Below, piece after piece: positions 1 to 8,995 of a stretch of 64,000 bases of DNA. How positions within the stretch are numbered: position 1 is the stretch's first letter; every line of letters starts with the position of its first letter. The stretch lies in assembly GCA_050287085.1 (NCBI GenBank), contig JBNKBE010000004.1, forward strand, positions 224,288-288,287, read 5' to 3'. Both the position numbers and the translations under genes were made by a program. The DNA is from Polyangiaceae bacterium (GTDB lineage Bacteria > Myxococcota_A > Polyangia > Polyangiales > Polyangiaceae). The notes beneath the pieces are model-generated. The model was not told the DNA's origin and ran no database searches. It saw only the letters and a program-made list of their open reading frames with translations.

Positions 1-1
1 G

Positions 2-304
2 CTTCCGATCTTGCCACTGAGTTGGCCCGTTCGCGTATTCCTCTGTCGCTTTCCCCAAGGCGCGGACGCTGCGCGGCCGGGGGTTTCGCGCCATCTCGGG
101 GCTCAACTATTGGGTGATCTGCAAGGGACACCGAGTCGCCTGTGGGAGTTTGCGTTCCCGGCGCGCTTGCGACAGGGCGAAGGGCTCAAGCGGCGCACTC
201 GGGCCTGGCGCTACGCCACGCGCGCGTTTCGCGGGGTTACCGGGCTACTGCTGCGGCGGGAGCCACCGCCGGCAGACCGAGCTCATTCGATACCCCCGCG
301 ATAG
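2..304 (+). CDS. 3' end of a gene entering from the left edge; possibly a nucleotidyltransferase-family protein
   Basis: Frame 2 is open from base 2 to TAG at 302-304 and converges on the acetyltransferase gene. The tail 'SRLWEFAFPARL...RRTRAWRYATRAFRG' loosely resembles C-termini of NTP_transf_5-type proteins. The product guess is weak. Confidence 0.35.
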   Translation, partial: LPILPLSWPVRVFLCRFPQGADAARPGVSRHLGAQLLGDLQGTPSRLWEFAFPARLRQGEGLKRRTRAWRYATRAFRGVTGLLLRREPPPADRAHSIPPR

Positions 305-900
305 CCCAAGGCTCGCGTCAAGGGGCCTTCGCGTACGAGCGTGACGATGTCCGACGCCAGCGCGTAGCGGTCGCCCGTGTCGCGGCATGTTGCCTCATCA
401 CCTTCGAAGTGCAGTGGCGCCCCAAGGCGAGACACCCAGCCGCGTTGCTGTGCAGGGTTCCCTACGACTTCGGCGAATGCGGGCACGTCCCGGGTCACCA
501 CCGCACCAGCGCCGACCAGCGCGTAGCGGCCGATGGTCACCCCTGGCAGTATGGTGGCTCGGGCCCCGAGCGTTGCGCCCTCCCCGACTCGGGTTGATGA
601 GAAGCGATCTCGCTGATTGATGAACGCTCGCGGTCGTCGCACGTTGGTAAATGTTACCCCCGGCCCGCAGAAGACGCCGGCTTCTAGAGTGACACCGTCG
701 CAGACGAAGACGTCATTTTGAAGGCGTGAGCCCGATCCTATCGAGGCTTTGCCTCCCACGTAACAGCGCTGTCCCAAGCTACAACGGTCGCCTACGTGGG
801 CGCCCGATCCTACGTAGACATGGCGCCAGATGCGGGTTTCTGTGCCCACGTGAGCGCCTTCTTCTACGGTAGCCTCAGGGTGAAGCCAGCGGTGTCTCAT
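283..900 (-). CDS. Hexapeptide-repeat N-acetyltransferase, WbpD/WlbB-like (UDP-diaminosugar acetyltransferase)
   Basis: Left-handed beta-helix repeats (AHVGTETRIW, AHVGDRCSLG, ASIGSGSRLQ). 'VFCGPGVTFTNVRRPRA', 'VGAGAVVTRDVP..AEVVGNPAQQRGWVS' and a C-terminal 'C..TG.RY' are typical of WbpD. Confidence 0.85.
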   Translation of the reverse strand: MRHRWLHPEATVEEGAHVGTETRIWRHVYVGSGAHVGDRCSLGQRCYVGGKASIGSGSRLQNDVFVCDGVTLEAGVFCGPGVTFTNVRRPRAFINQRDRFSSTRVGEGATLGARATILPGVTIGRYALVGAGAVVTRDVPAFAEVVGNPAQQRGWVSRLGAPLHFEGDEATCRDTGDRYALASDIVTLVREGPLTRALGYRGGIE

Positions 901-1919
901 GACGGTGGTGCCTCAGCTCTCGGTATCTCTTCGTAGGGTCGCAGTTTTTGTAAAACCTCCACTACGTGCGCTGCAAGGGTATCACTAGCCGCGCCGCTAG
1001 ACCAGGGGCGGCCCGCAGCGGCAAGGAATGTGTGCAACACCTCCTCCAGAGGCGAGCGTGTGGACGGCTCCACAGCTAGCGAAACGGCCTCCAGTGGCGA
1101 CGATGGCTCACGCCCCCAAGTGCGCTGCAATACTTCAGGATCGTCGACAGAGGGCAAGAACGTCAAGCGCTCTGCGGCTTGTTCATCCAAGACCAGGGTT
1201 CCCCGATCGCCGATGACGGCGAAGCGCCGAGAAGGGGCGAGCGCCGTGGTGGACAAGACACCCACGTAGCTAACACCGCCCTGCGAGGCGTGTAGTTCAA
1301 CCTGCCCCGAACCCAGCTCGCGATGGGAAAGCGCGCGCAGCAGCTGTACATCAACGCTCCCTAGCAGGGCCAGATCGTGGGGGCCCAGAGTCCAAATCGG
1401 ACAGCGGGCGCCGGCCCACATTCCCTCCCGGGGTGCAGGCCCCGGGCGCCGCGCAACCGCGCGCCGACTGGCGACCCCCCTAAGAGATCCGACCCGTCCG
1501 GTTGCGAGTTGCCGCAGTAGCTCGCGAAACGCGGGTTGAAAGCACGGCGTATGATTCACGAGCATCGCTGTTCGCTTCTGCTCCGCCAGGGTGGTCAGAC
1601 TGAAGGCCGAGGTGGCAGAAACCGTCAGCGGCTTCTCAACAAGTACGGCGATTCCGGCGCGCAGCAGCTCGCGGGCAACCCGGGCGTGTGTACTCGGCGG
1701 CGTGGCCACCACGGCAGCTTCGATAGGGAGCGCATCGAGTGCGCTTTGCAGGTCCTCAAAGTGGGGCGCGCTCGGGGGGGAAGGTTCGGACCCAGCTGGA
1801 TCGCAAGTGAAGATGAGCTCAACCTCGTCACTCTGCTGCAGGGTTGTCAGCCAGGCCCGACCAAAACGACCTACGCCAACCAATCCCACGCGCAGCGGCT
1901 GGCCATGACGAAGCACCAT
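897..1919 (-). CDS. Gfo/Idh/MocA family NAD-dependent oxidoreductase (WbpB-like context)
   Basis: Rossmann motif 'VGLVGVGRFG', 'VVATPPSTHA', 'VLVEKPL', 'LGPHDL'. Stop overlaps the acetyltransferase start. Start uncertain (1919-1937). Confidence 0.85.
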   Translation of the reverse strand: MVLRHGQPLRVGLVGVGRFGRAWLTTLQQSDEVELIFTCDPAGSEPSPPSAPHFEDLQSALDALPIEAAVVATPPSTHARVARELLRAGIAVLVEKPLTVSATSAFSLTTLAEQKRTAMLVNHTPCFQPAFRELLRQLATGRVGSLRGVASRRAVARRPGPAPREGMWAGARCPIWTLGPHDLALLGSVDVQLLRALSHRELGSGQVELHASQGGVSYVGVLSTTALAPSRRFAVIGDRGTLVLDEQAAERLTFLPSVDDPEVLQRTWGREPSSPLEAVSLAVEPSTRSPLEEVLHTFLAAAGRPWSSGAASDTLAAHVVEVLQKLRPYEEIPRAEAPPS

Positions 1920-2016
1920 GGTGCGTCTATAGCGCACTCGGAAGTGAAGCAGACAGCTCCCCTACCCGTGCTTGAGTGCCTGTCGGCCATTCGGGTAGCG
2001 AAGCCGCCTGAGCTCG

Positions 2017-5000
2017 CTACCACAAGATGGCGATCCGCCCGGGATAGTTGAGTGCGCTCTTGCCGTTCAAAATGGCGTCGTAGGCTCCGAATTCCGATAC
2101 GACCAACTCCGCGTACCCGTCGCCGTCGACGTCCGCGACTGGCGCGGTCAACGAGGCGGTTCCGGCCCAGGTCTGGGCTGCTAAGTCGAATCCGGCCTTC
2201 GTCGCGACGTTGAGTACAACGGCGCCGTGGTCCGGCAGGTTGACGTCTACGAAGACACGTCCGCTGTTGACCCACGACTTGAACTCCTGTCCGGAGAACA
2301 AGTACAACACGGGGCCGCGCTCGGGGTGGGTCGCATCGACACCCTGGTCCACCATGGCGAAGTCGGCATCTTTGGCTTGCGGACCCGAGAGCGGGCCGAC
2401 CAGCGCAAACGTGCGCAGCGTCGCGCTTTGCGCTCGCGCACTACCGAGTATGCTCACCCCGAAGTCGTAGTCGAGCGAGCCGCGATGGCGAACGCTGAGG
2501 CGCCCGGAGAATGGGTCTGAGGGGGGGCCGAAGAAGAAATCGGCGAAGCCGCCACTGGATCCAGAACACGGGTAGAAGTACTGCGCGCACGGGCTAGCGG
2601 AGACGATGACGCCACCCGCCAACATGGTCGTGACCCGACCGTAGTCGTTGCGCTCGACCTGAAGCGGAAATGACTGGAGGGCGTTCTGAAGCAGGCCGGT
2701 GCTCTGCTCGCTTGTCGTGGCGTCCGCGAATGAATAGGTCGCTAGCGTTTCGCTGTTGCCCGCGGCCACGAGGAGACCATTGCCGCCGGAGCCGAAGAGC
2801 GGCCCGAGGCCCACCATGCCAGTACCGAAGCGACTATCAAGCGTAGTGCCGGGGATAGAGATGAGGTGTGCGCCCGGTTCGGAGTTGGGATTCTCGGGTA
2901 GTTCGAGGTAACTCGGCAAGTCCGGAGCACCCAGGAGTACCCCAGCGTAGCCGCCCTCTTGGGGGGCGGTGCCGGCGCGATAGGCCCCGAAGGCAAAGTC
3001 ATCGACGCCGTCGCCGTTGAAATCACCCAGCGGCACAAGCGCGTTGCCGAGATTGGTGCAGGTTGGGCAGTCGCCGGCCCAGGTGCTGGTCCCTGGCGTC
3101 TGAATGACCACATCTGCGGACGTGGAAGCCAACTCACTGGGCCAAACCAGGGTGTTGTTGCCTGTTGGCCTCCGGCCAAACCATACGTAGATCACGCCTT
3201 GTCCGTGGGGACCGTCGTAGGGCGCGGTAACGGCAAAGTCGGTCATGCCGTCGCTATTGACATCGCCCACTGAGACCGCGCGCTCTCCGAATAACCCGGA
3301 CGCAGCCCCGATCAGTCGCACCGTTGGGCTGGTGTCGAAGAGCGGTGAGTCAGCCGCTCCCGCTTGTCGGGGAAGGCCCTGGTAGATGCGGACCTCGCCG
3401 CCCCAGCTGCCGACCATCAAGTCCGGTATCCCGTCACCGGCGAGCCACGTCCCGTCGGTGGTTTGCCGTCCACCGAGAATGTCAGCGCTTCCATCCACCC
3501 ACGATCCGAGTGCCACCTGCTCTTCGCCGACCAAGGTTGTTACCCGGAACTCGCTCTTGACCGGGGTGGTGGTCGCAGTCAGCGCGCCGATGTTGCCGCC
3601 GAGGTCGAGCGCTCTGACGGCGAAGTAGACATCGGTTTCCATCGGCAAGCTACCGACGCGGGTGGTGACTTCCGCGGCTTTTGGATCGCCGGTGAAAGCC
3701 ACACGTGTCGCCGTATCCAGGGTGACGCTGGTGATCGGGGCAGTGGCCCAATACACCTCATAGCCGGCCAGCGCACTCCCGCTTTCGCTTGGAGCGACGA
3801 AGGTGAGGTCTACGCTCGCTTCGCGGCGAACGGCGATCGCAGCTGCAAGTCCGGCGGGGGCGCCGGGTGCCCCGACGTCCACCGTCAGCGACAGCGCGGG
3901 CGCCGTGGGCACAAATACGTCCACGGGATCCATCGTGGCTCGCAGCGTGAGCGTGGTGGCTTCTGGGAGCGTTACGTCCAGCGTCGCTGTGCCACCCGCC
4001 GCATCACCGACGACGAGGGCGTCCCCGAGCGCAATGGGCCCTTGACCGAGATCGTAGCTGAAGTGGACTTGGTGAGTGCCACCGGAGGCGTCAAATTCGG
4101 TGACGGCCACGCTCAGCGTCCCCTGCCAGCCGTCAGCTGTCGCATCGGCATCCGAGGCCGCATCGAGCGTCGACGCGGAGGGGCTCGTCCACGCAACGAT
4201 CGGAGGCTCGCCAACGACCACCGTGCAGTCGGCGCCTTCGGCTGGTAGCTGGCTGGTATTGCCTGAGGGCTCCGAGACCCACGCGCGAAACGTGTTCACT
4301 CCTAAGGGAAAGACAACAGTCGCCATTTCGGTGACTCCCGCCAGGGTCGTTTCGGCATCGAGGGTGAGTTCCGCCTCGTCGTTGATTTGAGCCATGACCG
4401 GAAACGCACCCGCGTTGAGTCGCAACTCGGTCTGAAGGTCTGAGGTTTGGCGGAAAGTGCGCGCACACAGACCCCCGACAGGTCGCGAGACACTCAAATT
4501 GGGCCGGGTAGAGTCGACCCAGAAGGAATAGACTGGGCTTTGCGCTGTCTCGGCGCCCGTCGTCAATTCGACTTGCACGCTGGTCGGCTCTTGTAGGGCA
4601 CCCGCTGCAGTTGGGCTTTCTGGAAGTGTTACCTGTTCGAAACGAGCGGTCCAGCCTAGGCCGCCGCAGCCGTCCTTCTCGCTGGCTGGCAGCAGCGCCA
4701 CAGGATCGCCCTTTGGAGATAAGGTCGCGCCCGAGCCCACCAGGAGTTGAGCTGTCCCTTGGCTGCTATTGGAGCAGGCGATGACGTCGTGTTGCGCCCC
4801 TAAGCGGGTGCCGTCTTGATCCTCGAAGCCGAGGCCCATCCCGGCGGCAAGCAGCCGTCTGCTCGGATCCTCACCCGTGGGCGCCGAGGGCAGGTTTGCG
4901 ATTCTTACGAGCGGGACCAAAGAGGCGCAGGTGACGTCGCTGGCGCCCGCGCTGGCCCGGTTCATCGCGTCATCTCGCACTTCTAGCGTCAGCCCAAACG

Positions 5001-6054
5001 CCCCGCTTCCGGGGCAGTCCATGCGCACGCAGGTCTCGCCGTTGGCGACCGGAGCGCACTCCAGCTCCACACCGTCGGAGAGGAGACAAAGCTCTGTCGG
5101 CTCCCCGGAGAGCGAAGCGCAGACGTCGAATTGCAACCCTTCGCGGTCGGCATCGACGTCGATTGCGCTTGGAATGTAAGGACCGTTGACGTCGAAGGGC
5201 GGCGCGAGCTGGACGCCGGGGGCGACGGAATCGACCCATACAACCTGCTCTTCGGACGCCACGCGAGCCCCGTCAGCTCCGACGCATACGGCGGCCAGAG
5301 TATGCTCCCCCTCTGCTCCCAGCACAGCACCCGGAAAGGTCGCTCTGCCGTCCTGCACCGATACCGCTTGGTCCTCCTTGCCATCTACCCTCAGGAGCAC
5401 GAACTCACCGTCGTCCAGGGATGTTGTGGCCTCCACCACGGTTTGGTAGGGCGCCCCCAAAGCACTGACTCGAGGTCCACCGTTCGCAGCGGAAACGCCG
5501 TTGAGCACCGGCGCAAGCGCTTCCAGCTCACAGGTTGGAAGCGAAATACACGCGACGTCAAACACGAGCCCCACGTGACACTCAGCGCCGGGCTGGTCGA
5601 CTTCGACCCGCGCTTCCGTGAGTCCTAGGGGCAACGTGACGGTCTCGAACTCGACGCTTTCGCCCTGCTCGGAAACGGTTCCGAGCGTCTGCTCTCCGCC
5701 GACGTCGAGAGTGGCGGGGGATTTGGCCCTGGCGCCCGTGATAGGGAGCGACAACGCAAGCTGCACTCCGTTCGAGCAATTGCCATCGGCGTCATCTTCC
5801 GTGCCCACATGGATCAAGATCTCGCTGTCGCTCGCCACGCTGCAGTTGACCGTTGTTTGGTCCGGTCCGGCGTCAGCACCGCCGCTCCCACCCGCGCCCG
5901 GACTGTCGTCGTCGGAAGCGCCGCTACCGCCGCCCTCTGCTGAGCCGCCATCGACACGGACCATCGCGTCGCTATCTGCGGCGGGAGGGGTCTTGTTCGG
6001 CGCATTGCAAGCGACCAACACTAGAGCTACAGACCAAGTCAAAGAACGCTGCAT
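2017..6054 (-). CDS. Large surface lipoprotein with Ig-like, FN3 and FG-GAP (integrin-alpha-like beta-propeller) repeats
   Basis: RBS GGAGAGAGG before ATG 6054. Lipobox 'VALVLVA-C' and a Gly/Ser/Asp linker. FN3-like 'VDLTFVAP...GYEVYW...YFAVRALD'. FG-GAP/Ca-binding motifs GDVNSDGMTDFAVTAP, GDFNGDGVDDFAFGA, ADVDGDGYAELVVS. Confidence 0.85.
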   Translation of the reverse strand: MQRSLTWSVALVLVACNAPNKTPPAADSDAMVRVDGGSAEGGGSGASDDDSPGAGGSGGADAGPDQTTVNCSVASDSEILIHVGTEDDADGNCSNGVQLALSLPITGARAKSPATLDVGGEQTLGTVSEQGESVEFETVTLPLGLTEARVEVDQPGAECHVGLVFDVACISLPTCELEALAPVLNGVSAANGGPRVSALGAPYQTVVEATTSLDDGEFVLLRVDGKEDQAVSVQDGRATFPGAVLGAEGEHTLAAVCVGADGARVASEEQVVWVDSVAPGVQLAPPFDVNGPYIPSAIDVDADREGLQFDVCASLSGEPTELCLLSDGVELECAPVANGETCVRMDCPGSGAFGLTLEVRDDAMNRASAGASDVTCASLVPLVRIANLPSAPTGEDPSRRLLAAGMGLGFEDQDGTRLGAQHDVIACSNSSQGTAQLLVGSGATLSPKGDPVALLPASEKDGCGGLGWTARFEQVTLPESPTAAGALQEPTSVQVELTTGAETAQSPVYSFWVDSTRPNLSVSRPVGGLCARTFRQTSDLQTELRLNAGAFPVMAQINDEAELTLDAETTLAGVTEMATVVFPLGVNTFRAWVSEPSGNTSQLPAEGADCTVVVGEPPIVAWTSPSASTLDAASDADATADGWQGTLSVAVTEFDASGGTHQVHFSYDLGQGPIALGDALVVGDAAGGTATLDVTLPEATTLTLRATMDPVDVFVPTAPALSLTVDVGAPGAPAGLAAAIAVRREASVDLTFVAPSESGSALAGYEVYWATAPITSVTLDTATRVAFTGDPKAAEVTTRVGSLPMETDVYFAVRALDLGGNIGALTATTTPVKSEFRVTTLVGEEQVALGSWVDGSADILGGRQTTDGTWLAGDGIPDLMVGSWGGEVRIYQGLPRQAGAADSPLFDTSPTVRLIGAASGLFGERAVSVGDVNSDGMTDFAVTAPYDGPHGQGVIYVWFGRRPTGNNTLVWPSELASTSADVVIQTPGTSTWAGDCPTCTNLGNALVPLGDFNGDGVDDFAFGAYRAGTAPQEGGYAGVLLGAPDLPSYLELPENPNSEPGAHLISIPGTTLDSRFGTGMVGLGPLFGSGGNGLLVAAGNSETLATYSFADATTSEQSTGLLQNALQSFPLQVERNDYGRVTTMLAGGVIVSASPCAQYFYPCSGSSGGFADFFFGPPSDPFSGRLSVRHRGSLDYDFGVSILGSARAQSATLRTFALVGPLSGPQAKDADFAMVDQGVDATHPERGPVLYLFSGQEFKSWVNSGRVFVDVNLPDHGAVVLNVATKAGFDLAAQTWAGTASLTAPVADVDGDGYAELVVSEFGAYDAILNGKSALNYPGRIAILW

Positions 6055-6206
6055 CGACAAACCTCTCTCCAAGCCATCAGCATAACTCTACGGTCGAGTG
6101 GGTGCAGTACATGACACATGTTGGAGGTGACTGGACGAACCACTGGCCGTGTAGGGGGTGTGACGTCTGCGCCGGAGCGATGAAGTGTGCGCGCCAGTGG
6201 CTGGAT

Positions 6207-6506
6207 ATGGGCGGCGATCGATGCGATGCTGCGGCGGTGAAGTGCTATCAGCTCAGTGCTAGCGCAATTGGTGAGCAGCTGGATTCTGAGGCAATCGTGC
6301 TTCATCTCCCTACGTCTACCTACTATCGTCTCAACCCCGTGGCGGCTTGGGTGTACCAGGCGCTGGTCCGCCCTCGCCATACCGACGACTTGGCCCAAGA
6401 GGTTGCGGCACATTTCGACGCCCAGCTCGAAATTGTGCGGTCCGATATTGAGGAGCTGCTGGTGGCTTTGGAGCGCGCGGGTCTCGTGGAGCGCTGCGAG
6501 CTGTGA
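6207..6506 (+). CDS. PqqD family protein / RiPP recognition element (lasso B1-like)
   Basis: 'EQLDSEAIVLHL...YYRLNPVAAWVYQAL..PRHTDDLAQEVAAHFD...IVRSDIEELLVALERAGLV' is the PqqD winged-helix signature. Start is ATG 6207 or GTG 6237. Confidence 0.9.
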   Translation: MGGDRCDAAAVKCYQLSASAIGEQLDSEAIVLHLPTSTYYRLNPVAAWVYQALVRPRHTDDLAQEVAAHFDAQLEIVRSDIEELLVALERAGLVERCEL

Positions 6507-6946
6507 TCGCGCCTTCGTGGCGCAATCTGCGGGAGGTGGCCTACTGGTTTGCGGCCCGCCGGTATCTGCGACAGATCGAGCGCCGCTTCGAGGCCGGCGA
6601 AAGCCTCCTCGGGATCTGCCACGCCTTCGGGATCCGCCCCCCGGGTGCGCCCGCGGGAGGAGGCCGCGTTGCTCTCGCCCGCCTGCGAGCTGTCGAACGC
6701 ACTGTGCAGCGGATAGAGCGCCGCCAGGTGCTCGGCTGCTACAAGCGCTCGCTGCTTGGTGGGGCCTTGTTGCGAGACATGCAGCCGGCACTCCGACTCG
6801 GTGTTTCCTCGTCCGCTTCGCCGATAGCCCATGCTTGGTTGGTGGTAGCGGATCAAGAGCTATTTCGCGGTTCAACACCGTTTACCCCACTGCAGCCAGT
6901 ACGAGACATTTCTTCGAGCCAACACGGAGCGTTGCGCAAAGAATGA
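6503..6946 (+). CDS. Lasso peptide B2-type transglutaminase-like leader peptidase
   Basis: 'GCYKRSLL...LR....LRLGV......AHAWLVVAD' carries the catalytic Cys and His motifs of Transglut_core3/B2 proteins. GTGA overlap with the PqqD stop. Confidence 0.8.
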   Translation: MIAPSWRNLREVAYWFAARRYLRQIERRFEAGESLLGICHAFGIRPPGAPAGGGRVALARLRAVERTVQRIERRQVLGCYKRSLLGGALLRDMQPALRLGVSSSASPIAHAWLVVADQELFRGSTPFTPLQPVRDISSSQHGALRKE

Positions 6947-7893
6947 GCCGCGAGAGTCGTCCACCGGAGCCGGCGCCCCGCAGCTATCGCCTGCATGGAC
7001 TGACGGTGTCGTCCACACTATCGCTCCCTGCGCGCTCCACTTCAGCGTCTCATGCCGACGTACGCCTGGAGCTCGTAGCTGAGCTCCCTCTCCGGCCGCG
7101 GCGAGCAGAGCGCATCGTCGACCAAGGGGCTCTGGGGATGGTGGCCTATCGAGATGTCTCAAGCGGACAGGTCTGGAGCGAATTTGGCGCTGCCGCACGC
7201 TACGTCTGGGGGCCTCTGCCGACTCGGTGCCGAGTGGCGTTGAGTCCGTCGCTCGCTCGCCAAACGGCGGAGCTGCTGCTGAGTAGCTCCGTGCTTTCGC
7301 TGATTCAGGCTCTCCGAGGAAAGTTGGTTCTGCACGCGAGCGCCGTGGCTATGGGGTCGCGACTCGTGGCCTTTGCGGGGCCAAGCGGTAGTGGCAAGAC
7401 CACGTTTGCCGCGCTTCTGTGTCGGCTCGGAGGAACGCTCGTGACCGACGATGCCCTAGTTCTGGAGCCGTCCGGAAGCGGTTGGTGCGCCGCGCCGGGA
7501 ACCACGCAGCTGCGTTTGCGCGAGGGCAGCTCGCTTCATGCTCAAGGCGCCCAGCTGACCCGTTCCGTAGATGGTCGGCTGTGCTGGGTTCCGGAGTTGG
7601 CTCCTGCTCAGCCGACCGCGCTGACAGACATTGTCCTGCTCCGGCCCGAACAGAATGGGGGCCTACGCCTTTCCACGCTCACCCCCCAAGAGGCCTTTGT
7701 CCCTGTGCTTCGAGCGCTGCGCACCCACGGCTTCACCGGCGTATTCGAGCAGAAGCAGCAGTTCGAACAGGTGGCGGCGCTGGCCCGAACCCGCGATCTC
7801 CATCAGCTGCAGTACTGTCCAACCCAGCTTGGACTCGGCGCGGCAACCATCCTGCTTCGAGCACTGGCGATCGACTTCGAGTCGCGGCCCTAG
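6943..7893 (+). CDS. HPr kinase-like protein (RiPP/lasso-associated kinase type)
   Basis: 'YRLHGLTVSS' N-terminus, 'LHASAV', Walker A 'GPSGSGKT', 'LVTDDAL'. ATGA overlap with the B2 stop. Confidence 0.85.
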   Translation: MSRESRPPEPAPRSYRLHGLTVSSTLSLPARSTSASHADVRLELVAELPLRPRRAERIVDQGALGMVAYRDVSSGQVWSEFGAAARYVWGPLPTRCRVALSPSLARQTAELLLSSSVLSLIQALRGKLVLHASAVAMGSRLVAFAGPSGSGKTTFAALLCRLGGTLVTDDALVLEPSGSGWCAAPGTTQLRLREGSSLHAQGAQLTRSVDGRLCWVPELAPAQPTALTDIVLLRPEQNGGLRLSTLTPQEAFVPVLRALRTHGFTGVFEQKQQFEQVAALARTRDLHQLQYCPTQLGLGAATILLRALAIDFESRP

Positions 7894-7930
7894 GCCGGTG
7901 CCCACGGCCTCGAACGAGACCCATCCGAAC

Positions 7931-7975
7931 AAGACACAAACGCGAACCCTTTCGAGCTCGCGTGTGCGTGTTTTT
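7931..7975. terminator. Intrinsic terminator, probably bidirectional, between the kinase gene and tsf
   Basis: Minus-strand stem ACGCGAGCTC-GAAA-GGGTTCGCGT followed by TTGTGTCTT. The plus strand has TTTTT after the stem. Confidence 0.7.
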
Positions 7976-7988
7976 GCGGAATGTGGGT

Positions 7989-8900
7989 CTAGCCCTGCGC
8001 CATGCGCTGTGCTTCTTCCGCGAAGTTATCTTCCTTCTTCTCGATCCCCTCGCCACGCTCGAAGCGCGCAAAGGACGTGATGGCAACGTCGCAGCCGAGC
8101 TCCTTTGCGAGGGCGTCTTGAACCTGCTTGATGGTCTTGTCAGCGTCCAGAACGCTCTGCTGCTCGAGCAAGCAGATCTCTTTCATCCATTTCTGGAGCT
8201 TGCCTTCGACGATCTTTCCGCGCACCGCTTCGGGCTTGCCTTCTTCCGCCAGCTGGGCGTCGTAGATGGCACTCTGCTGTTCCTTGTCGCTCGCCGAAAC
8301 GTCGGCTGGCGCCAGGTAGCGAGGTGCCATAGCCGCGATCTGCATGGCTGTGTCGTCAGCGAATCCCTTCAGGCCGCTGGCTTCGCTCGGACTCTCCACC
8401 GCCAGCAGTGCACCCACTTTGCCACCCATGTGGATGTAGCTATGGACGAGACCGCTTGTCACGCTCACGCGGGCCCAGCGACGGACTGTGATATTCTCGC
8501 CCAGCTTGCCTACGAGTGCGGCGCGAGTTTCTTCCACTGTTCCGGTTGCCCCGGGGAAAGGCTCGGCACCCAACTCTGCACCTTCGGGCGCTTTGGTCGC
8601 TGCGGCTACAACGCCTTCGACGAACTTCAGGAAATCCGGATTGCGCGCAGCAAAGTCAGTCTGGATGTTGACTTCGACGATGACCCCGGCTTTGCCCGAC
8701 TCATCCACCTGAGCGGCGACGACGCCTTCAGCCGCGACTGCTCCGGCGCGCTTGGCGCTCTTCGCCAACCCTTTCTTCAGGATCAGCTCAACCGCCTTTT
8801 CCATATCGCCTTCCGCCTCGTTGAGAGCGGACTTGCAGTCGTTGAGTCCTGCCTGCGTTCGGTCGCGCAGCTCCTTTACCTGCTGCATCGTTACTGCCAT
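7989..8900 (-). CDS. tsf: Translation elongation factor Ts
   Basis: 'VKELRDRTQAGLNDCKSAL', 'EVNIQTDFAARN', 'MQIAAMAP', 'FARFERGEGIEKK'. Lies downstream of rpsB. Confidence 0.97.
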   Translation of the reverse strand: MAVTMQQVKELRDRTQAGLNDCKSALNEAEGDMEKAVELILKKGLAKSAKRAGAVAAEGVVAAQVDESGKAGVIVEVNIQTDFAARNPDFLKFVEGVVAAATKAPEGAELGAEPFPGATGTVEETRAALVGKLGENITVRRWARVSVTSGLVHSYIHMGGKVGALLAVESPSEASGLKGFADDTAMQIAAMAPRYLAPADVSASDKEQQSAIYDAQLAEEGKPEAVRGKIVEGKLQKWMKEICLLEQQSVLDADKTIKQVQDALAKELGCDVAITSFARFERGEGIEKKEDNFAEEAQRMAQG

Positions 8901-8995
8901 GATACTTGCCTCTCTTGATCGGTATGCGCGCAGCCTCAACTGAGGTGCTTTTCTTAGTCTGGAGGCTCTGCGGCCACCACCGGAGCGGCGCTGCA

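Noticed and set aside
6118..6183. 21-aa ORF MLEVTGRTTGRVGGVTSAPER just upstream of the RRE gene, considered as the RiPP precursor
   Set aside because: No clear RBS, no YxxPxL leader motif, no Asp/Glu at core positions 7-9 after a Thr(-2), and too short for leader plus core. An in-frame stop at 6112 prevents extension.
5853..6206. Cys-rich N-terminal extension of the PqqD ORF (…WPCRGCDVC…)
   Set aside because: It overlaps the lipoprotein start and promoter region on the opposite strand. The PqqD domain is complete from about 6207-6237, so this is probably just an open frame.
6256..6942. N-terminal 229 codons of the 545-aa ORF
   Set aside because: Overlaps the PqqD and B2 genes in another frame. 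The kinase starts at the ATGA overlap at 6943.
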